A stretch of 64,000 nt of DNA from Ophelia neglecta (lineage: Eukaryota): positions 143,716,001 through 143,780,000 of the forward strand of contig OZ260661.1 of assembly GCA_965285935.1 (NCBI GenBank), read 5' to 3'. Positions 54,113 through 64,000 of the stretch are shown piece after piece (the stretch's first letter is position 1; each line of letters begins with the position of its first letter). A model generated the notes under the pieces. The model was not told where the DNA came from and made no database searches. It saw only the letters and a list, made by a program, of their open reading frames with translations. A program made the translations under genes and the position numbers.

Positions 54113-55353
54113 ATGGCTGCTGTAATAATCTTGAAAAAAGACCATAGCCTAGTGGGAAAAAGTCCATTCGCTGTAGTGATGGCGCTGAAAGAATTTGGGG
54201 GCATACTTCCCACTCCCTTGGCGAGGCTGAAACGCAGTCACCCGTTGGAAAATTACTCGTCTAATGATCTCATAGAGAATTTGGAGGGTATTATGGGTAT
54301 TCCGGCGACGGAAATCCTGACCTTGGCTCAGGTAGAGGGAGCGTCTGATCCCACACAAGTGCCGACAGAAAAGCTCCAATATGTGCTACATACTGCTATT
54401 GTCGAAGCAAATAGGGTAGGCCAACCTCAAGGAGTTACCCTGGTGAAAGAGAAGTAGGATACCCCACATCAAGAAGTTACTAGGAAAGAACCTACAAATG
54501 TATCTAACAAGGTAAAATTTTATTCTGCTTATACGAGAGTATGCTGTGAACGATTCGTAATAGGCCTATATATCTTTTAAGTCCACGCAGTTATTCTGTT
54601 ACATGTGAATCCCTTTGCATGAGACCGTTAAGTCGTCTTATTTAGTACATTTTAGGTGGGCCTATTTTATCACAATGGGCACTTCATTCTTTTCAGAGGA
54701 AAGACAGAGACGATGATTTAGAATCCAGACTAAAGTTGCTAGAACAGAAAATGGAACACGAGTCTGGGAGTGAAGTTGACCTGGCCTTACAACAGGTGAG
54801 GAGGTTACAGGGGTCAAGAGCCCTCATGCAGCCACACTTGGTAATCTCTAGTGTTGAGAATCTGGTCGAAGTAGCCCTACGGGTAAATCATCCCCAAGTT
54901 GAATATTTCAAGCGAGCTCTCCTGGAATTAAAAAAACACGAGGATGCAGAGGGCCTCGGACAGCTGCTAACTCAACTTTTTGGATCGCCCGAAGATAAAA
55001 AAGTTGCTACAGCGGTAACCGCCTGGCTTAAGGTGAAGAAAGCAGAAGAGGCGACTGGGCATTCCAAAAAAGATCAGCTAGAGGAAAGTGCTAAACCATA
55101 TCGGCACCCAGCACCAATGCCTCAGCCAGGCATGTTTCAAATGCCAGGGTTCCCACCTTTTCCAGACTACTTTCCACAACCCTACCCCGCTTATTACGGT
55201 GGCTTCGGACCCAGACGCGGCAGAGGTTCCTTTAGGCGCGGTAGAAGGGACCCCGCCCAGAGAATGGTGGCCAGATGTTATGGGTGCGACTCTGCAGATC
55301 ATAGGGTTGTGGACTGCCCTGTCATAAAAGCAATGAAAATTGAAAAAAAGTAG
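54113..55353 (+). CDS. Gag-like protein of the YR retrotransposon, predicted spliced (leader exon from 54113; exon 54697-55353)
   Basis: RG-rich segment and CCHC knuckle CYGCDSADHRVVDC; acceptor TTTTCAG|54697 is in frame; phase-0 donors at 54416, 54443 or 54512 (using 54512 includes the TAG at 54455). Confidence 0.75.
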
Positions 55354-55904
55354 ATATTGGAATATATATATAGACCTCATATTATAGAATCGACATCTAG
55401 AGAATTTAGACCATTGAATTTACTGTACGACCAACTTCGCCTATTAAATTAGATTCTTGCATTTCTTAGCATTTCGTCAGTCTTCTTTATCAGCACGCAA
55501 AAGGATCGTATATTTGAATATACCCAACTTAGACGTCATAGTTACCTTATTGGTAGTAAATACTATGTGGGATACGTATTAAAAAATTGGACTATAATGA
55601 GAAGTTCATAGTTTAAAGAATCGGCATCTTTGTTTAGTTATATTCTATTATATTATATTCAAATTTGATAGTCCTAGAATGTTTTTTGGAAACTAATTTA
55701 ATTTCTGACCCAATTGCTACTACTTCTAAAATTTAAAGTAGTAAATATTTGAGGCAAGAATACCTGCCCACCCCGGCAAGTTTCCGCCCCAACCAAAAGG
55801 TACCTAAAACACCTTAGTGGAGGCTATCCTTCACGCTGGTTGGAAGCTGGAGCCTTGTTGGGAATTCAACCACACGGAGTTATCATATCTTAATCATTTT
55901 GTAG

Positions 55905-58151
55905 GTATCAGGCAATGGTGATTACGTAACCTCGGATGAAAAACCGTCCCCAGAACCAACGTTCGACCCACAAAAGGCAGCTAAAAGGGTAAGAACAGCT
56001 CCGGTGTGGGTGGATTCCCAGGGAAAACGGCTCCAGCCCCAACCAGATACGCCTCCAACAGCCGAGCAAGTGGCCACGCCTAATACAGACACACCTAGTA
56101 TTTCAATTTTGGCATTCAGGGATCCTGAAAACTTCATTGCCGGCGAACTTCACAACCAAGCGGCGGAATGGGAAAAAATCCTCCCCCAAACTGAAGTGGG
56201 CAAGGAAGCATTAGATTGGATTTTGCGTGGGGTGTGCATTCAAAATTACTTTCAACCCTATCGAGGAAAATTTAGAGGGAAACAGTACAATGCTGAGTTG
56301 CCACAAAAATATTGCCAACCTAATAACGCCTCCTGTGTGGGGCATGAAAGTTTCATTTCCGACACCTTGCAAGAGTGGATCGAGTGCGGAGCAATTCAGC
56401 TATTAGGGAAAGTCGGGGAAGTACAACCACCACTTATGGTCATGCCATTGACTGTCGAACCATCGAAACCCAGACTTTGCCATGATGAACGTTTCCTGAA
56501 CTTATGGATAAAAGACCTCCCTTTCAATCTCGATACCCTTAAAGATGTTCCTAGAATTGTTCACAAAAACTTTTTTCTCACCTCCCTCGATCACAAATCC
56601 GGTTATCAACATGTCAGGCTTAACCCAGAAAGCTACAAATACTTCGGCATTTGTTGGGAAGGGTACTATATGGTATATGTGACTCCTCCATTTGGTTTCA
56701 AAGCAAGTTGCTACATCTATCACACCCTGACCGGTTTAGTGGCCTCATATGGCAGAGAATTGGCAGTCCCCACTTTGGCTTATATAGATGACTCTTTGAA
56801 CTCGCAGTTCGCCAACTCTTTGAAAGATAGGCTAGATAATTACCAGAATGCTGCAAATTTAAACGAGGCTCTGAGGTCTCTGTATATTATGTGTCAATTA
56901 TGGACAAGGCTAGGTTATACCATTTCATTGAAGAAGAGCGTTCTTATCCCGACTCAAATCATCCGCTTTCTGGGTCTGCTCACAGACAGCACTCTTGAAG
57001 CTTTTATCCTCCCACAAGACAAAAAAGAGTCATTTGCCACTCTTAGAGAAGCTATCCTCAAAAACCGCACAGTAGATATGAAGTCTTTGCAGAGACTTCA
57101 AGGAAAGTGTATATCGTTGACACTAGCTGTACCTGGAGCAAGGCTTTACATATCTGAAATGTCAAAAGCCATTTCATTGGCAGCTAAGAATAGCAGGTGT
57201 ATATCATTGGCAGGTGGCTTGAGAGAAGAAATTGAGCACTGGCGTTTTGTCGACACCTGGCAAGGTTGCGTCCCTTGGAGACAGGAAATGCACCTGCAAA
57301 TGGCAATGGCCACGGATGCTTCTAACTTTAAGTGGGGAGCTATGTTCTTGGATGTAAAAGGCCATCCAAATGAAGAGATAGGAGATTTTTGGCCCCAGGA
57401 AGATGATCGCCCTATACACCTAAAAGAAGCCAGTGCCCTTCTACAGGCCCTCCGGTCGGTCAGGAAGAATATTCAAGATCACAGAGTGGATGCATTTGTA
57501 GATAATATGGCAGTCCTGTCCGCGTGGAATGGACAGAAAGCCAAGGATGCCAGGCTAACAAGTCTTATAAAGAAAATTTTTTGTTTCACTCAACTGGCCA
57601 ACTTAGATCTCCGCCTGCACTTTGTACCTAGCCAGGAGAATCCCGCGGATGCACCATCAAGAAAACTCAGTTGGTTGGATGCCATGCTGGCGCCGGAAAT
57701 TTGGGAATTAGTAGATGGCAGATTTGGACCCCACTCAGTAGATTTGATGGCCTTAGATAGTAATGCTATGCAAAGATGTGGAAAACCTCTCAAGCACTTT
57801 ACCCCTTACCCCACTCCTTTGTCTGATGGGGTAAACGTATTCTCACAAGACATCTCCAAAGAACAGGCGCCATATGTATACCCACCCCTTAGCTTGGTGG
57901 GACCTCTCTTGAAGTTTCTCTGTGAGAGCAATATTCAGGCATGCACTTTTGTAGTCTTTGATGTGGTCCCAAGGCCATATTGGTGGCCCCTGCTGAAACA
58001 ACACGTGTCCGACACTTTGATACTCGGCGAGCAGGGAGAAAAGGGAGTTCTTTTGGTACCTACAAAATCTGGTTATGTTCGAGATACCTTTGGTCTTCGG
58101 TTTCCCCTGATTGCATTCAAACTTGTTTTTGGAGCGGTTTCAACTCAATAG
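55905..58151 (+). CDS. RT, RNase H and N6-adenine-methyltransferase-like protein
   Basis: SLDHKSGYQHV, PFG, AYIDD, FLG; RNase H ATDAS, HLKE, VDN, NPADAPSR; MT-like VDLMA..FSQD..YVYPP. The frame opens right after TTTTGTAG. Confidence 0.93.
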   Translation, partial: VSGNGDYVTSDEKPSPEPTFDPQKAAKRVRTAPVWVDSQGKRLQPQPDTPPTAEQVATPNTDTPSISILAFRDPENFIAGELHNQAAEWEKILPQTEVGKEALDWILRGVCIQNYFQPYRGKFRGKQYNAELPQKYCQPNNASCVGHESFISDTLQEWIECGAIQLLGKVGEVQPPLMVMPLTVEPSKPRLCHDERFLNLWIKDLPFNLDTLKDVPRIVHKNFFLTSLDHKSGYQHVRLNPESYKYFGICWEGYYMVYVTPPFGFKASCYIYHTLTGLVASYGRELAVPTLAYIDDSLNSQFANSLKDRLDNYQNAANLNEALRSLYIMCQLWTRLGYTISLKKSVLIPTQIIRFLGLLTDSTLEAFILPQDKKESFATLREAILKNRTVDMKSLQRLQGKCISLTLAVPGARLYISEMSKAISLAAKNSRCISLAGGLREEIEHWRFVDTWQGCVPWRQEMHLQMAMATDASNFKWGAMFLDVKGHPNEEIGDFWPQEDDRPIHLKEASALLQALRSVRKNIQDHRVDAFVDNMAVLSAWNGQKAKDARLTSLIKKIFCFTQLANLDLRLHFVPSQENPADAPSRKLSWLDAMLAPEIWELVDGRFGPHSVDLMALDSNAMQRCGKPLKHFTPYPTPLSDGVNVFSQDISKEQAPYVYPPLSLVGPLLKFLCESNIQACTFVVFDVVPRPYWWPLLKQHVSDTLILGEQGEKGVLLVPTKSGYVRDTFGLRFPLIAFKLVFGAVSTQ

Positions 58152-58185
58152 ACTATGCATAATTAGTGTGTTCTCATTGTTGCAG

Positions 58186-59406
58186 GGCAATGAAAGTCAT
58201 GACTGCGAGGATGTAGATGTCGCCCCACTGGATTTCCGTCTTCGGGAAATTGAGAGGAAAGCAAAGTCCACACCCTATGAGCGTAAAAAAGAAGCATTAG
58301 CCAAAGAACTGGACAGTTTTTTGCATCGCTTACCAGGCAAACCAACGCTCAAAACTATGGATGACAGAGACCTCAGACGGTTTTTAGTATTCAAAGACGG
58401 CAAGGGGAAGACTGTTGTCCATACAACCTTGTGCCCTCTATTAGGACAGCGGGATCCAGGGGACTGTGGGTGCCCAAGGAGGCTTACAGCGGGTACTGTT
58501 ATATCCATGGTAGGTCAGCTTAAGGCTTTTCTACAAAGGCTCGGTAGGGGTAGTGCGTGGGATGAGCTCAAAACAGAAGGCAACCCCGCTTACGCCTCCT
58601 CCGTTTCAGAATATGTAAGAGTAATACAGAAAGAGCATGCAATCGCTCACGTATCTCCCAAACAGGCGAAACCATTATTTGTTGAAAAATTGGAAAAAGT
58701 GTGTGACTATTTAAAACGTGAGAGCGAATGCGTATGTTCATCGGCAAAAGATAAGTTTATGTATCTACGAGATAGAGCCTTTATGACAGTCCAATTTTTT
58801 GCCGGCGACCGAGCCAGTGATCTCTGCAAGACGTTGGCGCAAGAGATCAAGAGGTTACCTGATGGTACCGGCTTTGTAGTAAACCACACGCAAGGGAAAA
58901 CGGCCAGCTCTTCTTCGCCGAGGGTTGTGTACATAAAGAAATGCGAGAATAGAAAAATCTGTCCTGTAACTAGCCTTGAAGACTATGTCTCGGCAGCATC
59001 ACGAATGGGTGTTGATTTGAAGACCGGGTACATATTTCGAAAAACAAATAAACATGGACAGGTTTTGCAGTTCCCAATAACGTATGATGCAGCTCATGAT
59101 CAACTTAAGAAATACTTGCGTCAATTAGGTGAATATGACGGGGAAACCCCCCACAGCCTTAGAGGGGGTTGTGCTGTTACCATGCTCCTTACAGGAGCAG
59201 CAGAGACTGTCGACGAAGCTCAAGCTCACATTGGATGGAAATCAACTACCATGCCAGACAGGTATGCACGTGCGAAAGGGGCTCAAACTTTGAGAGCCAG
59301 TGAAAAGTTGAGGAAAGCCATAGATAACGAGTCAAGCGTTACGGCCAAGGATGCTAGTAAATTATTTGGCGGTCTTGAGTACCATGAACTAGATAATGCC
59401 TTTTAA
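58186..59406 (+). CDS. Tyrosine recombinase
   Basis: Catalytic set R (GDRASDL), K (GKT), HxxR (PHSLRGG), H/W (HIGW) and Y (DRYA) all present; acceptor TTGTTGCAG|58186 is in frame. Confidence 0.93.
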   Translation, partial: GNESHDCEDVDVAPLDFRLREIERKAKSTPYERKKEALAKELDSFLHRLPGKPTLKTMDDRDLRRFLVFKDGKGKTVVHTTLCPLLGQRDPGDCGCPRRLTAGTVISMVGQLKAFLQRLGRGSAWDELKTEGNPAYASSVSEYVRVIQKEHAIAHVSPKQAKPLFVEKLEKVCDYLKRESECVCSSAKDKFMYLRDRAFMTVQFFAGDRASDLCKTLAQEIKRLPDGTGFVVNHTQGKTASSSSPRVVYIKKCENRKICPVTSLEDYVSAASRMGVDLKTGYIFRKTNKHGQVLQFPITYDAAHDQLKKYLRQLGEYDGETPHSLRGGCAVTMLLTGAAETVDEAQAHIGWKSTTMPDRYARAKGAQTLRASEKLRKAIDNESSVTAKDASKLFGGLEYHELDNAF

Positions 59407-60130
59407 TAATGATTTATTTCTTGGTCTGAAGGAGAAATTACAATAGAAAAACACCGACACCGTTATACACTTAACAACTAATGACTGTCATTTAAAAATA
59501 TGGATTTATGTAAACTAATTGTATATATTTTATTCAGAGGTTGTAATAATGTTGAATGAAAATAAAATTTGGTCATTCCAGTTTTCCCTTAGCTGTTTGT
59601 AATAAGGTTTGGGAGGGGAATAACTCTAGCTGTTGTTTCCAAATGGAAAAACTGGGAAAAGCGACGTTCAAACCTCCAATCCTGTTGACTTCCCCCACAC
59701 CTTAAACCAAGAGCCAAGGCAGGGGCGGTATCACCCGGGATGTTATTATATCCCGGGTAATACTGCGCATGCCTAAGCGCGCGCAATACAAATCCATTCC
59801 TGACTCAGCTGGGGAGAAGTGAAGTCGGGTAGAGCAGAGAGTGTGTTTTAAGTTTAATTATAGTGTATTAACGCCAACAAAATTTAGCCTGGAGAAAGTT
59901 ACCCACCCAACACCCCACCCGGTCAAGGTATATGCCACTGCTTTGGCCCTCCAGTCCTGTTGACTTCCCCCACACCTTAAACCAAGAGCCAAGGCAGGGG
60001 CGGTATCACCCGGGATGTTATTATATTATGATTTTAAGAACTATTTGTAGAACCCGTTTTTCATTTAAATAATATATGTTATATTATATTAAGTGACATC
60101 TTTGGAACGTTGCCTGCAATTATTATTAAT

Positions 60131-60338
60131 TATTATCAAAACAGCAGCCAAAACGTCATTTAATAATAAGCTCTAAGCTTTCGCTGTCAATTGTGCAATT
60201 ATTTATTACACTTTATAATATTAATGTTATGTGTTTAAGGTATTATTATGATTTTAAGAACTATTTGTAGAACACGTTTTTCATTTAGATAATATATGTT
60301 ATAATATATTAAGTGACATCTTTGGAACGTTGCCTGCA
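60131..60338. repeat. Uninterrupted copy of the ~210-bp sequence into which the YR element inserted
   Basis: Matches 52365-52480 joined to 60027-60118 with only a few substitutions. Confidence 0.95.
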
Positions 60339-60754
60339 TGAAGCATTATCTTTTTGAAGCATTCGGTATAAGATAAAAGGAGGTTCCCATTTCTTATATA
60401 CATGTTCATTAGTGACGTTAAGCCGGGTGGTACGATTATAATGATTAACCTTTAAATGCATTTATTAATATTTATTTCCAGGAAATAGCTAAATTACCAG
60501 ATTTGACTTCAAATATGTGTATAAAATGTTTATTTTGATCATATTGTTTTTCGAGAAAATTGGATAAATATTGCGTAGCAGGACAAAAGTCGGCATATGT
60601 TCATATCTCAAGCATAAGTAGTATTACCTAGCAGTCTTCTGGTGCCGATCACTGCTATACAATACACATACTACTCGATAGGATACACAAAGTGGGGGCT
60701 CTATTTCTTTCACGTAGACACCGGAACGTCATTTAAGAAAGTGATAATAATAGT

Positions 60755-60929
60755 AATAACATGATATTGACGGGTGTTACGCTACTTCAGTGTCCCTCCA
60801 TAAATTATTAGCAGCCCTTCATAGTCATAGCACCCTCGGCTACGCCTCGGGCGCTATGACTATGGCGGGCTGCTAATAATTTATGTCGGGCCACTGATAT
60901 AGCGTAACGCCCTGCAAAATCATGTTATT
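60755..60929. mobile_element. ~175-bp palindromic (fold-back) element
   Basis: Arms aataacatgat..gggtgttacgcta..ataaattattagcagccc..catagtcatagc and their reverse complement flank a central cctcggctacgcctcggg. Confidence 0.8.
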
Positions 60930-63900
60930 GGTATATTGTCCATCATTATACTTTCATAATCGGCATCATCGCTTTGCTTTGTATTCTGGGGTTGCTCTCT
61001 GTGCGGTACAGCATAATCATCGCTCACTGAGTTAATTTCAGCTTTGCTTTTAGCACCTGCATTTTTGGATTTGTCGACCTCAGCATTCACATGATATTCT
61101 GTATTTTCAAGAGCCACAGTTACATCCTGATACTCAGTATCAACAGATTCGTGGTTACTGTAAACGTTAGAGCCGTTTGTCAGGGTGTGTGAAGTGTGAA
61201 CGCCATAGCATGTATTGTTAGAAACAGTATAGCTTGGCCCTTCTGATCAATTTTTTCCTATTCTGTGGATGTAAGCAGAACTTATAATAGTAAGTTATGT
61301 ATTTAATTTAACAAATTGCATATTTGCATCAATAAGTAGAGTAACAGTATCAGCTTTATTTAATTTTTCTGGGTGGCCCTCTTGGTAGCGTCCATTGGGA
61401 CTTAGTGGAGGTCTCCCAACCAAACTAATCTCTCGATTGCAAATACTTATTTTGTTAATAATTGTCTTTGTGTAGCATTATGGTTGGAATATATATATTT
61501 TTTGCATGTTATTATTGATTTGGTTGAATAAAAGTTCAGTTCAGTTCAGTTCAGTACTATCTCCAAAGTAGGTGCATATTGCTTAAATCTCTACCTTTGT
61601 TTCCGAAGAACAAAGATCAACACAATGACTAGTAGTGCAGCGACAATGACTACTACTCCTACTCCTAGACCAATAAAGATGCCTTGCCCTGGAAGTTTAT
61701 AGTTGTTTACTGCTTTCATCATTTGAGTTGAAAATTAATTCTATGATTATTATCTTATCGATGTATAAAATGCCGCCTTGGATTGTAATTCATAAGGTGT
61801 CGGAAACAAAATAGCCTTTAAATGATTATTGTTCATATAATATATACATTATTTATCGAAACAAAAACCAAGCCTTTTTTAGGAAATCGTGTGATATGTT
61901 TAAGTGGCCACTCTAACATGCCTTCACAACTGACAATGTCTTGGTATAATCTTTTAAAAGTTATATCTATTAGATAACGTACCCTTGTTCTGAGCCTGGG
62001 AAGTGGTAGTTACATCAGTATTTTTCTTTGAAATCGAGGTGGTAAAACGTAAACTAGAGGTTAGGCGTTCGTCCTCTGTGGTTGTAAGATGGTTAGTCAA
62101 TTCGGTCGCCGTAAAACTAAAGGCTATAAACAGAAATTGTGAAATGCCGAAACGAGATTGGGAAACGGAACAGACTAGGTGTCATGCATGGTAATTGTAG
62201 TATACTAGTAATGTTATATGGCCGCTTGGCTTGTATTAGTGTGTCTGTATGATTGGCATTTAAAATAGGGTCAATAATAGAATTCCTATTGTTGTTTACA
62301 CAATTTATATAACGCTGAATCAATAAAACATACCCTTAAGCAGGTTACAATCAATAAAGTAGGTTATAAAAAAGTGATAACAAATAATGAATCAATGGAC
62401 AGAGTAAGAAGCCTGCACGCTCATAGTGTCTCCTGGCATTTGAAAGCCAGATGGTCATAGTGTCTCCTGGCATTTGAAAGCCAGATGGTCATAGTGTCTC
62501 CTGGCATTTGAAAGCTAGCTGGTCATAATGTCTCCCGGCCTTTGAAAGCTAGCTGGTCATAATGTCTCCCGGCCTTTGAAAGCTAGCTGGTCATAATGTC
62601 TCCCGGCCTTTGAAAGCCAGATGGTCATAATGTCTCCCGGCCTTTGAAAGCCAGATGGTCATAATGTCTCCTGGCATATGAAAGCCAGATGGTCATAGTG
62701 TCTCCTGGCATTTGAAAGCCAGATGGTCATAATGTCTCCTGCCTTTGAAAGCTAGCTGGTCATAATGTCTCCTGGCATTTGAAAGCCAGATGGTCATAAT
62801 GTCTCCTGCCTTTGAAAGCCAGCTGGTCATAATGTCTCCTGCCTTTGAAAGCCAGATGGTCATAATGTCTCCCAGCCTTTGAAAGCTAGCTGGTCATAAT
62901 GTCTCCCGGCCTTTGAAAGCCAGATGGTCATAATGTCTCCCGGCCTTTGAAAGCCAGATGGTCATAATATCTCCCGGCCTTTGAAAGCTAGTTGGTCATA
63001 ATGTCACCTGGCATTTGAAAGCCAGATGGTCATAATGTCTCCCGGCCTTTGAAAGCTAGCTGGTCATAATGTCTCCTGGCCTTTGAAAGCTAGATGGTCA
63101 TAATGTCTCCTGCCTTTGAAACCAGATGGTCATAATGTCTCCTGCCTTTGAAAGCCAGATGGTCATAATGTCTCCTGCCTTTGAAAGCCAGATGGTCATA
63201 ATGTCTCCTGGCATTTGAAAGCCAGATGGTCATAATGTCTCCTGCCTTTGAAAGCCAGATGGTCATAATGTCTCCTGCCTTTGAAAGCCAGATGGTCATA
63301 ATGTCTCCTGCCTTTGAAAGCCAGATGGTCATAATGTCTCCTGCCTTTGAAAGCCAGATGGTTATAATGTCTCCTGGCATTTGACCGAGTATAGTTACAC
63401 CCCATATAATTCAAGCCATTTAGCAAATAGTCTAGACTCAGAATAACTGCATGGTATTTATATAGATGTGGAGAAAATCTATATTTCTATTCAATTTGAA
63501 TACTTAGTTTATCATTTTATTTTAAGTGCACTGAACTATACTGCAGGCTTTTAGCAAATCTTAAAGGAATTTATCCTATTCGCCACAGGAAACCAATGTA
63601 CATTCCACAGTGCGGATGTGATGACGTTTAAAGGCATCTTCGACTAGACAAGATACTGAATTTTCAAAATCGGAAAACGCCCTATTACCCTGAAAGGCCC
63701 ACGAGAAACCCCTACCTTAGTCCATTCGGATAATGATTAGTGTTTTGAAGGCACTGTATGTCATGTAAAGACCGATACGGTAAAAGTACAATTAAGGCCT
63801 CTACAAACAACAGAAAAAAAGAACCAAAGCCGCCTACGTCTATCATCAGGTGTCCCTGTTGTCTTGAACGCATCTACTTTCTCCTCCGATTTCGTAGCGT

Positions 63901-63984
63901 CGTTTGGGAAGGACATGGAAGTAGTATGTGAAATCATGTCTCCAGAAGTTTCTACTGCCGATATGGTCGTTGAAGATTTGTTAT
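60920..63984 (-). CDS. 3' exons of a single-pass membrane protein with a Ser/Thr-rich stalk and Tyr-motif tail (5' part outside window)
   Basis: Phase-compatible GT-AG exons 63984-63838 and 62123-61983 (Thr/Ser-rich), and 61688-61595 (IFIGLGVGVVVIVAALLVIVLIFVL-RKQR). Tail segments 61262-61200 and 61157-60920 carry YTV, YQDV, YHV, YAV and YESI; tail splicing is uncertain. Confidence 0.75.
61360..61555 (+). mobile_element. LINE/SINE 3' end remnant with AATAAA and (AGTTC)n tail
   Basis: aataaaagttcagttcagttcagttcag preceded by a GC-richer structured segment. Confidence 0.55.
62421..63383. repeat. Intronic minisatellite, 33/34-bp unit, about 29 copies
   Basis: Unit tcataatgtctcct(g)gc(a/c)tttgaaagccagatgg, head to tail with no spacers. 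Confidence 0.97.
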
Positions 63985-64000
63985 CTGAAAACCATTAAAC

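Larger units (their letters stand above)
52478..60026 (+). mobile_element. Complete PAT-like tyrosine-recombinase (DIRS order) retrotransposon with split direct repeats
   Basis: Terminal layout A1 (52478-52541) ... B1 (59673-59751) A2 (59749-59812) ... B2 (59948-60026); gag, RT-RH-MT and YR ORFs; no TSD. Confidence 0.95.

Noticed and set aside
52365-60246. ~115-bp flanking repeats as LTRs or a giant TSD of the YR element
   Set aside because: They belong to a ~210-bp host tandem duplication; both flanks are explained by one interrupted unit plus one empty unit.
62421-63426. CRISPR-like array or repetitive protein ORFs (63090-63380, 63196-63426)
   Set aside because: Units are contiguous with no unique spacers, there are no cas genes, and the context is a eukaryotic intron; the ORFs arise from the 33-bp period.

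Overview
Eukaryotic, AT-rich, transposon-dense window from a metazoan. Gene content suggests a marine invertebrate, probably a lophotrochozoan (inference). Host genes: (1) the 3' part of an apparently intact GRL101-like receptor (C-type lectin, LDLa repeats, LRRs, divergent 7TM; + strand, 1-3999); (2) a full-length but pseudogenised paralog on the - strand (30858-37049) that adds N-terminal CUB-like domains; (3) a decayed third copy (about 13.0-13.8 kb); (4) an intronless class A neuropeptide-receptor-like GPCR broken by a 14-bp tandem duplication (44758-45983); (5) the last exons of a mucin-stalk single-pass membrane protein (60.9-64 kb). Mobile elements: a near full-length CR1/L2-group LINE split by a young BEL/Pao LTR element (528-bp LTRs, AAGTG TSD), a second BEL/Pao lacking protease and RT, a 1.26-kb TIR element with a 9-bp TSD, several LINE scraps, and a complete 7.5-kb PAT-like tyrosine-recombinase retrotransposon (52478-60026). 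The last is the most interesting object. Its gag, RT/RNaseH/methyltransferase and recombinase ORFs each begin right after an in-phase splice acceptor, suggesting a shared leader exon alternatively spliced to three exons. Its circle junction forms a lox-like inverted repeat. An uninterrupted duplicate of its target site next door shows integration through a 3-nt TAT core with no TSD. All calls come from reading the sequence; no database search was run.
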